From an uncultured virus (IMG/VR IMGVR_UViG_3300007542_000024) (lineage: Duplodnaviria > Heunggongvirae > Uroviricota > Caudoviricetes): DNA of 20,000 nt. Position 1 is the first letter of the stretch. Each line of letters starts with the position of its first letter. The position numbers and the translations under genes are program-made. Positions 7,526 through 14,852 of this stretch are shown here, piece by piece. The stretch lies in IMG/VR virus record IMGVR_UViG_3300007542_000024. One strand, 5' to 3'. The notes below the pieces were generated by a model. The model saw only the letters and a program-made list of their open reading frames with translations. It did not search any database and was not told where the DNA came from.

Positions 7526-8485
7526 CTACTCGATGGGCAGCGACTCACGGGCGGGTTCGGGCTTCTCGATGTCGTCCGGCGTGTCCGTGCCCTTCACGGG
7601 CTCCGGGGGCGGATACCCCGCGGCGACGAAGAGCTGGGTCACCAGGTCGGTGTCGCGGCCGGCTTCCCACTCACGCTGCAGGATGGTGATGATGTCCTCG
7701 AGCTTGGTCTCGGCGAGGTCCGCGCGCTTGGTGAGCGCGACGTACTGCGCCGCGAGCCACTCCAGCCCGTCGAAGACCGGCTCGAAGACGGAGAAGTCCT
7801 CGGGCGAGGCCAGGTGGTTGGTCAGCCCGATCACGACGGCCTTGGCCTTGTCGGTGAACTCCAGGTGGTTGTAGTCCAGGAAGAAGGGGTGGGTGTGCAG
7901 ACCTTCCACGACGCGGATGATCGTGGTGGCGAGGATGTGCTTGGGGCGCATGGAGACCTCTCGAGCGGGAGTGCGTTCACGGGCAGAAGCCCCGTGGGCG
8001 GTGGGTGTGGGGTTCAGGCGAAGTGCGCGGTCCAGCGCACGGTAGGTGGAGTGCGGGCAGTACTTGGCGATGGTGCGCTCGAGGGACATGCGAAGCTGGT
8101 CGCTGTTGAGCAGCACGGGCGAATCTTCGACGTAGGGGACGGTCACCTGCAGGATGGCGTTCTGGAACGCCTCGTGGAAGTGGCTGCGCGGGCTGTTGGC
8201 GAAGTAGGGCCAGAGCCCGGCGAGGGTCACAGCGGCGGCGCGCGGATCCTGCAGCTTGCGGCGGGTAGCGAGCACGGTGGATGCCCGCGCAGTGCGCATC
8301 CAGCGCCAGAACTCCCGAACAGCAGGAGGGGAGTGCATCTCGCCCAGGGCATACTCGACGCGCGCGTCGTAGAGGGACTTGTGCATGGACTCTCCAGGGC
8401 CGAGCGACGGGTGCACGTTCGACGGTGGGGGCACGGGCAGACGGAAGGCCTGCCCCGTAGCCTCGAGGGAAGGAATGGTGGACAT
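7526..8485 (-). CDS. Hypothetical protein (possibly two fused genes; internal SD + ATG at 7951)
   Basis: 319-aa ORF; GAGAGG SD before 8485 and again before 7951. Confidence 0.7.
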   Translation of the reverse strand: MSTIPSLEATGQAFRLPVPPPSNVHPSLGPGESMHKSLYDARVEYALGEMHSPPAVREFWRWMRTARASTVLATRRKLQDPRAAAVTLAGLWPYFANSPRSHFHEAFQNAILQVTVPYVEDSPVLLNSDQLRMSLERTIAKYCPHSTYRALDRALRLNPTPTAHGASARERTPAREVSMRPKHILATTIIRVVEGLHTHPFFLDYNHLEFTDKAKAVVIGLTNHLASPEDFSVFEPVFDGLEWLAAQYVALTKRADLAETKLEDIITILQREWEAGRDTDLVTQLFVAAGYPPPEPVKGTDTPDDIEKPEPARESLPIE

Positions 8486-8502
8486 GTGTACCTCTCACCT
8501 AC

Positions 8503-8515
8503 CTTATGCGTGAAA
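8503..8515 (-). promoter_or_regulatory. Repeated promoter-like motif TTTCACGCATAAG
   Basis: Intergenic, 17 nt upstream of ATG 8485. Confidence 0.65.
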
Positions 8516-8527
8516 GTGTGGGGCGGT

Positions 8528-8557
8528 GCCCCCGCCCGCCTACTGGCGGGCGGGGGC
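8528..8557 (-). terminator. 13-bp perfect hairpin overlapping a stop codon, probable terminator
   Basis: GCCCCCGCCCGCC-tact-GGCGGGCGGGGGC. Confidence 0.6.
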
Positions 8558-8758
8558 TTCGAAGACGCCGGGGGCGCTCTCGACCATCGGGATCACCACG
8601 GTACCCTCGGGGGGTTGGTAGCGCGGCTGCGCCTTGCGGGCGTCGGGGGGCACCTCGTAGGTGAACTCGATGTCAGCGGTGTCTCGTCGAGCCTTGGCCT
8701 GCCCGCGTGCGATTCCGACGCGGATGTTGCGGGTCAGGACTTCCAGCAGGACGCTCAC
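8540..8758 (-). CDS. Small hypothetical protein
   Basis: GTG at 8758 overlaps the upstream TGA (GTGA); 72 aa. Confidence 0.6.
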   Translation of the reverse strand: MSVLLEVLTRNIRVGIARGQAKARRDTADIEFTYEVPPDARKAQPRYQPPEGTVVIPMVESAPGVFEAPARQ

Positions 8759-9012
8759 TGCGCGAGCTCGCGCTTGTGCTCCGGGTGGACGATGGCGACG
8801 GCGCCGGCGGCGCGCAGGAGCTCCTGCGGGTCCACCGAGACGGTCACCGTCAGGGGCTGCCCCGGCTGCCACTTGAAGAGCTGCCCATCGAAGCGGGCGT
8901 TGAGCTGCAGCGTGACCAGGGGGTTCCCGGACTCACAGCGGACGCGCATCTCCCCATCGGGGAGGCGCTTGCCCTCTTTGTTCCGGAGCTTGACGGCGGT
9001 AGAGATCTGCAT
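8755..9012 (-). CDS. Small hypothetical protein
   Basis: Start moved to ATG 9012 (AGGAGG SD); 85 aa. Confidence 0.7.
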   Translation of the reverse strand: MQISTAVKLRNKEGKRLPDGEMRVRCESGNPLVTLQLNARFDGQLFKWQPGQPLTVTVSVDPQELLRAAGAVAIVHPEHKRELAQ

Positions 9013-9064
9013 GGCTGCCTCCTGAGTGTGACTGGAGAGGCGTCTCTCTGTCCTCTCCAAGCCC

Positions 9065-9077
9065 CTTATGAGCGAAA
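9065..9077 (-). promoter_or_regulatory. Repeated promoter-like motif TTTCGCTCATAAG
   Basis: Intergenic, upstream of ATG 9012. Confidence 0.65.
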
Positions 9078-9091
9078 GCAGCGTGGGATTG

Positions 9092-9123
9092 CTCCCTCCT
9101 CTCGCCGAAGCAGGAGGAGGGAG
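9092..9123 (-). terminator. Hairpin capped by a cUUCGg tetraloop, probable terminator
   Basis: The - strand reads CTCCCTCCTC ctgc TTCG gcga GAGGAGGGAG, 14 nt after the stop at 9138. Confidence 0.6.
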
Positions 9124-9137
9124 ACTTCCGTGACGGG

Positions 9138-10193
9138 TCAGTCGGTCAAGCTGGAGCTGAAGTCGTACTCGGCGTGGGTCCGGAGGAACAGCAGCACCTG
9201 GTCGAAGGCGGCTTCGCTGAGCACGAGGGGGCCGAACTTCTCTCCGGTGAGCGTGTCCATCAGCCAGAACAGGAGGTCGATGTGCCCATCGTCAGCACTC
9301 GGCCGGAAGGACACCCCGAGCCGCTGGTGGTTGTCGTGCTTCTCGCTGCCCAGTTGGACGACGGTCACCGTGATGAGGGCCTGCTCGCCGAAGACGTCGC
9401 CCTCGGTGGCCCGCACCAGCCTCTCGGCCAGCTGCTCGTTGATGTGCTTGGCCTGCTGCAGCGGGGCGCACGCCTGCATGCGCGCATAGAGCCTGGACTG
9501 CTCGACGTGGAGAGGCCGGGGGCGCTGCTTCTTGCCGAAGATGCGACGGACCTCCTCGGGGTCCACGCCGTTGGGGTCCGCCGAGATGTCAGCGACGGAG
9601 ATGCCCCCGTCCAGCAGCTGCTCGAGCCTCTCCATCTTCTCGAGGACCAGCTGCATCTGCGCCGGCTCGATGCCGTGGTTCCTGCGCAGGGCCGCCTCGA
9701 TGCTGCTCAGCTTGGCCGCGAGGTCCCGGTGGTGGGGGCCCGCTCCCTTGTTGATGGCGTCCAGCAGGTTGTGCAGCGCGGCCCGCGCCTGGTTGGCCGA
9801 GGACAGCCGGCGCGTCAGCGTGGTCATCTGCGTCTCGAGCGCCTTGTCGATGTGGGCCTCGAGGCGCGTGACCGCGTCGAAGATGCTGGGGTGCGTCTGG
9901 TCCTCGCCCTCCTCGATGCCGCTGTCGACGGCGAGGAAGGTACGGATGAGGGTGTCAGCGTCGGGCGCCGTGTCGCTCATCTTCTCGAGGCGGATGGCTC
10001 GCATCATGCCGGCGAGGGCCGCGGTCTGCCAGGTCGCGAAGCCGCGGCCGGTCTCCTGCTCGAGGAGCTGCAGGGCCCTGGCCATTCGGCTCCGCACGTG
10101 GTTGTGGTGGGCCTGCTCGTTGTCGAGATCGGGGTCGATCTCGCCGGCGAGGTACCTGTCGATGTAGTCCATGAGATCGTGCCAGTTGATCAT
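9138..10193 (-). CDS. Hypothetical protein with coiled-coil-like central region
   Basis: 351 aa; GAGG SD; strong GC3 bias. Confidence 0.8.
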   Translation of the reverse strand: MINWHDLMDYIDRYLAGEIDPDLDNEQAHHNHVRSRMARALQLLEQETGRGFATWQTAALAGMMRAIRLEKMSDTAPDADTLIRTFLAVDSGIEEGEDQTHPSIFDAVTRLEAHIDKALETQMTTLTRRLSSANQARAALHNLLDAINKGAGPHHRDLAAKLSSIEAALRRNHGIEPAQMQLVLEKMERLEQLLDGGISVADISADPNGVDPEEVRRIFGKKQRPRPLHVEQSRLYARMQACAPLQQAKHINEQLAERLVRATEGDVFGEQALITVTVVQLGSEKHDNHQRLGVSFRPSADDGHIDLLFWLMDTLTGEKFGPLVLSEAAFDQVLLFLRTHAEYDFSSSLTD

Positions 10194-10208
10194 GGTGGTC
10201 TGCTTCCT

Positions 10209-10517
10209 CTACTGCTTGGGAGGCGCGGGACGCTGCCCTGCCTCGTTAGGGTTGTGCTGGAGGACGGACTCCTCCAGGTCAGTCACGAGCGCCTGAAGGT
10301 GGTGCTCGAAGTCTTGCCAGGTGTCCAGGGGGACGTAGCCGAGCACCTCGACATCGGCATGGACGGAGCCGATGCCGAAGCGCGTGTGTGGCGAGGTGAG
10401 GTGCACACCTACGCCGGCGTTGGCGTAGGCATCCTCGGGAGGTCCCTCGGCGGGCTTGGTGGCGTCATCCAGCTCCCAGGGGGCGGGAGGGCTCGTGACG
10501 CCGCGGTCTTTGCTCAT
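10209..10517 (-). CDS. Hypothetical protein
   Basis: 102 aa; ATGA coupling; GAGG SD. Confidence 0.7.
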   Translation of the reverse strand: MSKDRGVTSPPAPWELDDATKPAEGPPEDAYANAGVGVHLTSPHTRFGIGSVHADVEVLGYVPLDTWQDFEHHLQALVTDLEESVLQHNPNEAGQRPAPPKQ

Positions 10518-10945
10518 GGATTTCCTCGCACGACCCAGATGAGCGGGTAGGGCGCTGCTGGGTCCATCTGCCTGGCCGTCGGGTCGACGTACCAGTGGTC
10601 ATCTCCGTGGTCGATGCGGACGATGGTGTGGCCTTCGAAGGCACGTGCGCAGTCGCGGGCGTTCCGGTAGTAGCGCATGGCCTCGGCCGGCGGGAGATCC
10701 ATCTCCTCGCAGTCGTTCGCGTAGAACGAGACGGGACTCTCATCGTCGTCATCGTCGTCCAGGTAGACCCCGTAGTGGATGGTGTCCACCTCGTGGCCGC
10801 AGTCGGCCAGCTCGAGGGTCAAGTCGTCGGAAGCGAAGGCGCAGTTCCCGCGGGCCTTCGCAGGCACTACGTACTCCGGGTGGCAGCCCACCCAGTTCTC
10901 GATGATGCACGCCAGCATGGCTGGCATGTCCGAGATGCTCAGCAT
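10514..10945 (-). CDS. Papain/transglutaminase-like fold protein (Cys-His-Asp)
   Basis: RGNCAFAS ... GHTIV ... YVDPTARQ ... PYPLIW; paralog of 12994-13467. Confidence 0.6.
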   Translation of the reverse strand: MLSISDMPAMLACIIENWVGCHPEYVVPAKARGNCAFASDDLTLELADCGHEVDTIHYGVYLDDDDDDESPVSFYANDCEEMDLPPAEAMRYYRNARDCARAFEGHTIVRIDHGDDHWYVDPTARQMDPAAPYPLIWVVRGNP

Positions 10946-11218
10946 CTATGCTGCTCCTCGCTGCTGCTTGTTGTAGGCGTCCGCCTCGAGGACATCGACA
11001 GCGGTGCCGTAGTCCCCTGCGGGGAAGATGGTGGTGGGAGCGCGGCCGCGGCAGCGGCATACCTTGGCCACCGCATCCTTGACGGACACCTCCCAGAGCT
11101 GCCCGTCCGGGTCGCCGACGCGGCCGTCGAACCAGTAGTTCCACAGCACGTCGTTCTTCGTCTTGCTCCCGGAGGTCTTCATGCTCTGCCCGACGCGGGG
11201 CTCGGAAGCCGAGGTCAT
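10946..11218 (-). CDS. Hypothetical protein
   Basis: 90 aa; GGAGGAG SD; TAG-ATG abutment at both ends. Confidence 0.7.
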   Translation of the reverse strand: MTSASEPRVGQSMKTSGSKTKNDVLWNYWFDGRVGDPDGQLWEVSVKDAVAKVCRCRGRAPTTIFPAGDYGTAVDVLEADAYNKQQRGAA

Positions 11219-11770
11219 CTACTCCTCCAGTGGGGAGCACCGCCCGAAGGGGACGGTGTCCTCCTTCACGATGACCGAGCCATCGTCGAAGTGGACTTCG
11301 TGGTGCATGACGACCAGGTCGTTGTCCTCGAACTGATCGGCCATCAGCTCGGCGAAGACGTTCCCCTGCTCGCGAGGCGTGCTGTCCATCGTGAAGATGG
11401 CGCCCGAGGGCATGGGGTAGGGTTCGATGGTGGCCTGCTCGAAGAAGAGGGGCGGCTCGTCCGTGAGCCTGTCGGCGTCGGACTTGATGCCTCGAGGGCC
11501 TTCAGCGTGCACAGTCCTTGCGGGCCCCGGGCGGAACAGGCCAGTGATGGCCTCCCTCAGCGGCAGCATCGCCTTGTTCATCTTCCGTAGGCGAGCTGCT
11601 GTTTCCTTGGACACGAGCTGGGTGCTTGGGTCCACCGGCTTCCCGCATGCGGGGCAGTGGAACTCCGGGCTCTTCACACCCCGCATGCGCATGCGAGAGC
11701 AAGGGTGATGGTGGTGCGGGATGAGGAACTCGTGCCCACAGCTGCAGGTGTAGGGTCCGGGCCTCGGCAT
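11219..11770 (-). CDS. Zn-ribbon-containing hypothetical protein
   Basis: CSCGH ... CPACG near the N-terminus. Confidence 0.7.
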   Translation of the reverse strand: MPRPGPYTCSCGHEFLIPHHHHPCSRMRMRGVKSPEFHCPACGKPVDPSTQLVSKETAARLRKMNKAMLPLREAITGLFRPGPARTVHAEGPRGIKSDADRLTDEPPLFFEQATIEPYPMPSGAIFTMDSTPREQGNVFAELMADQFEDNDLVVMHHEVHFDDGSVIVKEDTVPFGRCSPLEE

Positions 11771-11968
11771 CTACTCCCAGCCTCCATCGGCGCAGATGCA
11801 CTGAGCACGGCCGACGACCGTGTGGCCTTCGGCGTCCTTCTTCTTGATGCCTCCGCACTCGGCGCACTTCGGGGGAGGCTCCTTGCCGAGCATCATCGCG
11901 AAGAGGTCGGCGACTCCTGCCTGGCTCTTCCGCGTCTTGTCGAAGCGGAGCTCGATCTCCTTGCTCAT
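11771..11968 (-). CDS. Small Cys-rich (Zn-binding) hypothetical protein
   Basis: CAECGG ... CIC; start set at the ATGA overlap (11968); 65 aa. Confidence 0.65.
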   Translation of the reverse strand: MSKEIELRFDKTRKSQAGVADLFAMMLGKEPPPKCAECGGIKKKDAEGHTVVGRAQCICADGGWE

Positions 11969-12177
11969 CGAGGTACTCTCATACACACAGCGGCGCCGGG
12001 CTCGACGACGACTGTGGCGGTGACGCTCACCTCGCCTTCGATGGCGGCGTTGTCCTGCGCGCGGCGCGCCTGCAGCTTCACGTCGGCTGCGGAGGTCTCG
12101 TGGCCTGCGACGCTCTCGAGGTAGCGGGAGATGGCGAGACGGATCTCGCAGTCGGTCAGGGCGTAGGTGATCTTCAT
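11965..12177 (-). CDS. Small hypothetical protein
   Basis: MKITYALTD...; ATGA coupling at both ends; 70 aa. Confidence 0.65.
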   Translation of the reverse strand: MKITYALTDCEIRLAISRYLESVAGHETSAADVKLQARRAQDNAAIEGEVSVTATVVVEPGAAVCMRVPR

Positions 12178-12383
12178 GGCGTTCTCGTCTCGATGAAGTA
12201 GCGACCCTCGTCGTGCTGCAGGCCGACCGTGTCGCCTGGCTTCGCCGGAGGGGGGCCGATGTGGATCTCGCCGGCGCGCAGCTTCGCGACCACGTCGTCG
12301 TAGCTGAAGCCGTAGGCTCGGTAGTAGGCGGCCGCGGCGTCGAGGCTGCGGAAGTGGCTGGTGCCTGTGCGGACGCGGCTCAT
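12174..12383 (-). CDS. Small hypothetical phage protein
   Basis: MSRVRTGTSHF...GEIHIGPP...GRYFIE; GGAGG SD; ATGA coupling; 69 aa. Confidence 0.7.
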   Translation of the reverse strand: MSRVRTGTSHFRSLDAAAAYYRAYGFSYDDVVAKLRAGEIHIGPPPAKPGDTVGLQHDEGRYFIETRTP

Positions 12384-12592
12384 GGGCGCCTCCGGGGGAT
12401 GCCCAGCTGGCATGCGAGGCACTCGATCGGTTCCTCGATACGATGGGGGCGATCCTTCTCGATGCGGTAGTAGGTGACGGGGTAGGAGCGCGCTTCGACA
12501 ACGACTGCGACGTTGCTCACCCTGGGCAGCTCGTCGCTGAAGCGGCGGCGGATGCGCTGCACGTTCGGCTCGCTGCACTTCAGCTTCGCCAC
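12380..12592 (-). CDS. Small hypothetical protein
   Basis: GTG start; 70 aa; fills the gap between coupled neighbours; CLAC near the C-terminus. Confidence 0.6.
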   Translation of the reverse strand: MAKLKCSEPNVQRIRRRFSDELPRVSNVAVVVEARSYPVTYYRIEKDRPHRIEEPIECLACQLGIPRRRP

Positions 12593-12993
12593 GGGAACAT
12601 CCCCTTCAGGCGCGCGGCGAGCTTGGAGAAGAAGAGCTCGATGCGCCCTTCGACGAGCACGGGCTCCCGACGTGGAGGTTGCACCTCGTGGAAGGCTGGC
12701 TCGCCGTAGGTGTGGAAGACGACGTTCTCGTACATGTAGGTGCGCGTGAGCCTCGAGTCGTCGGACGCATGGGTCTCGGTGGCGAAGGCCACGAGGTAGC
12801 AGTCGTGCCAGCGACGCTCGTTGGGCGCGTCGATGATGCGCAGGTTCTCGCTGAAGTACAGCTTCCCGTCAGCTATGATGCGGGAGCAGTGGAACTCCCA
12901 GTGACCGTCGGGATGGCGCTGCGGTACCTGGGACAGCGACCCGACGGCGAAGGCGATGCTGTTCGGTCCGCGTGCGATGGTGATGGGGTGCAT
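12580..12993 (-). CDS. Hypothetical protein (N-terminus MHPIT)
   Basis: 137 aa; GGAG SD; ATG abuts the upstream TAG. Confidence 0.7.
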   Translation of the reverse strand: MHPITIARGPNSIAFAVGSLSQVPQRHPDGHWEFHCSRIIADGKLYFSENLRIIDAPNERRWHDCYLVAFATETHASDDSRLTRTYMYENVVFHTYGEPAFHEVQPPRREPVLVEGRIELFFSKLAARLKGMFPWRS

Positions 12994-13467
12994 CTACGTC
13001 TCCGAAGCGGCGGGTACGGGCCGCCAGATGAAGGGGAAGGGCAGGCGCTTGTCGAACTGGCGTGCCGTGAGGTCGACCATCCACCCGCGGTAGAAGAGGA
13101 CGCAGTGGTCGTTGGCGGGCACGAGCTCCCCAGCGGCGTCCCGCGAGTACTCCCCGTTGTCGTCCATGTGGAAGTAGGGGTAGCGCGCGGGCAGCGGGCC
13201 TTCGATGTAGCGCCCGAGCTCGGCGGTCATGTTCTCGATGTGCTTGATGCCGCGGCTACAGTCGTTGAGGCAGATCCAGGTGACGTGACCTTCGCCAAGC
13301 AGCGCGCGCAGCTCGCGAGCTACCCAGTCGCAGATGCCCTGACCTCCGGTGTCCTCGAGGATGCGGACGAACGAGCCTCGGGCATAGCCATCAGACTCGA
13401 CGAAGAGGTCAGGCAGGACGGCGAGCACGTCGGCAGCAGGGCCCTCGGCGCAGGTGATGGGGTGCAT
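12994..13467 (-). CDS. Papain/transglutaminase-like fold protein (Cys-His-Asp)
   Basis: Start moved to ATG 13467; QGICDWVA ... DHCVL ... MVDLTARQF ... PFPFIW; 157 aa. Confidence 0.6.
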   Translation of the reverse strand: MHPITCAEGPAADVLAVLPDLFVESDGYARGSFVRILEDTGGQGICDWVARELRALLGEGHVTWICLNDCSRGIKHIENMTAELGRYIEGPLPARYPYFHMDDNGEYSRDAAGELVPANDHCVLFYRGWMVDLTARQFDKRLPFPFIWRPVPAASET

Positions 13468-13829
13468 GGCTACTTCCCGGAGTGGTAGGCGAGGTTGACG
13501 AAGCCGTTGTCCTTCGGCGTGACGACGACGGCAGGCGGCACGACCTCTTCGTCGGGCCCGATGATGGCGATGTCGGGGATACGGTCGTCCTTGTTGGAGG
13601 CGCACAGCTCGAGCCTCGCGAGGCTCCGCGGATTGTAGAGGCCCGGGCCGATCTCTTCGTGCACTCCCTTGCGCAGGTCGATGCCGTTGTACTTGCCGCA
13701 CTCGGCGCAGACGTAGTCCTCGGTGCGCGTGTGGGCGACGAGGCAGCCCTCGATGCCGTCAGGGCAGGGGATGAGCGGCACGGTGTACTCGTGGCCGCAG
13801 GCGCAGGTGATGTGCATGACTACTTCCCG
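13447..13829. repeat. Direct repeat spanning two gene junctions (13447-13479 and 13800-13829)
   Basis: ggcgcaggtgat(ggg)gtgcatg[g/a]ctacttcccg; 29/30 identical apart from a 3-nt indel. Confidence 0.85.
13470..13817 (-). CDS. Zn-ribbon-containing hypothetical protein
   Basis: CACGH ... CPDG..GC..AH ... CAECG. Confidence 0.75.
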   Translation of the reverse strand: MHITCACGHEYTVPLIPCPDGIEGCLVAHTRTEDYVCAECGKYNGIDLRKGVHEEIGPGLYNPRSLARLELCASNKDDRIPDIAIIGPDEEVVPPAVVVTPKDNGFVNLAYHSGK

Positions 13830-14035
13830 CTCACGAGGTGGATGCTGGCGTCGATGGTGGGCGCGTCCTTCTGGCGCTGCGAGTCCTTCTTCATCAGCTT
13901 GGCCTCGATGAAGCGGTCGTAGGCACGCTGGTGGTCGGCAGGCAGCTTCCCGCTGCTCGTGCGCGCGTGCGCATCGAAGACGAGGCGCTCGGTGATGTCG
14001 GCTCCTTCGAAGAAGCGGTAGACGATGAACGGCAT
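13820..14035 (-). CDS. Small hypothetical protein
   Basis: 71 aa; TGATG coupling. Confidence 0.7.
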   Translation of the reverse strand: MPFIVYRFFEGADITERLVFDAHARTSSGKLPADHQRAYDRFIEAKLMKKDSQRQKDAPTIDASIHLVSGK

Positions 14036-14235
14036 CAGGACCCCTTCCGGCGTGGGACGTCGGCTACGTTCACAGCCAAGCCCCGGGCGCGCAAGACCTT
14101 CTCGGCCGCACTCCAGTCGGTGGGCAGGTCGGGCACGCGGCTCTTGATGATGCGGCCATCACAGACGTAGATGTCGTAGGTGAGCATCAGCGTGGGCTTC
14201 GAGACGAACTTCACGGTGATCGGGTGGGTCGACAT
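14035..14235 (-). CDS. Small hypothetical protein (MSTHPIT...)
   Basis: Start at the TGATG overlap (14235), GAGG SD; 66 aa. Confidence 0.65.
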   Translation of the reverse strand: MSTHPITVKFVSKPTLMLTYDIYVCDGRIIKSRVPDLPTDWSAAEKVLRARGLAVNVADVPRRKGS

Positions 14236-14582
14236 CAGGCATCCTCTCCGCTCTCGCCGGCGATGAGCGGCAGAGCACACTGGGTCGTGGCGCCCAGCGG
14301 CTTGGTCTTGCGCACCTTGCGGGGGACTCGCTTGATGGGCTTGGCGTAGAGCGGCGCTCCGACGACAGGGAAGCGCAGAAGAACAGGAACGGGCACGTGA
14401 TGCGCGAGACCCTCACGCACGGAGTACTTGATGGCCTCGAGCTCGCTGTCGAAGAGCAGAGGACTGGAGCCTCCATGCCCGTCAGGAGCGCAGGCGCACT
14501 TCTCGATACCGTTCCACCGCTGCCCGCGGCGAGGAACGTGCAAGACCCACTTGGTCAGCTCGACGTACTTCTTGGTGTCCAT
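14235..14582 (-). CDS. Hypothetical protein, first gene of the long - strand operon
   Basis: GGAGG SD; start is ATG 14582 or TTG 14588. Confidence 0.7.
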   Translation of the reverse strand: MDTKKYVELTKWVLHVPRRGQRWNGIEKCACAPDGHGGSSPLLFDSELEAIKYSVREGLAHHVPVPVLLRFPVVGAPLYAKPIKRVPRKVRKTKPLGATTQCALPLIAGESGEDA

Positions 14583-14654
14583 GGACAAGGCTACCTCCGT
14601 GTGGATGCGAGAAGAAGGGCTGAGGGTGACTCACCACTTTTCGCTCTCACACTC

Positions 14655-14667
14655 CTTATCCGAGAGG
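14655..14667 (-). promoter_or_regulatory. Variant promoter-like motif CCTCTCGGATAAG
   Basis: ATAAG core at the head of the - strand operon. Confidence 0.55.
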
Positions 14668-14774
14668 AACCGGAGGGTAATCGGGGGTGGGAGAGCGTCG
14701 AAACAACCTGACAGGTGGACTGTCGGGAATAGCTATGAAGAAAAGAGAAAAACAGCACGGGCTTATTTCTGCCA

Positions 14775-14803
14775 CTGACTCACCGACTTAGAACGGTTAC
14801 AAT
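14775..14803 (+). promoter_or_regulatory. Sigma70-like promoter CTGACT-17 nt-TACAAT
   Basis: -35 matches 4/6, -10 matches 5/6, spacing 17; upstream of the 14853 gene in an AT-rich divergent gap. Confidence 0.4.
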
Positions 14804-14852
14804 CAGGGGGCCGAGTCACAGGATGCCGTCATCTTCGTCAAGGAGTGCTGAT

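Noticed and set aside
6941..9025. 694-aa + strand ORF, and other long antisense ORFs such as 1979-3379, 3638-4972, 9174-10550 and 18397-19680
   Set aside because: Shadow ORFs typical of high-GC DNA; the opposite strand has SD-led, coupled genes with recognisable motifs.
3471..9077. TTTC-N4-ATAAG copies as a CRISPR array or integron attC sites
   Set aside because: Copies are short, irregularly spaced and not palindromic; no cas or integrase gene is visible.
10514..11968. Genome-wide TAG-to-sense recoding
   Set aside because: Downstream ATGs have their own SD sequences, and other TAG stops are followed by frame changes, hairpins or convergent genes.
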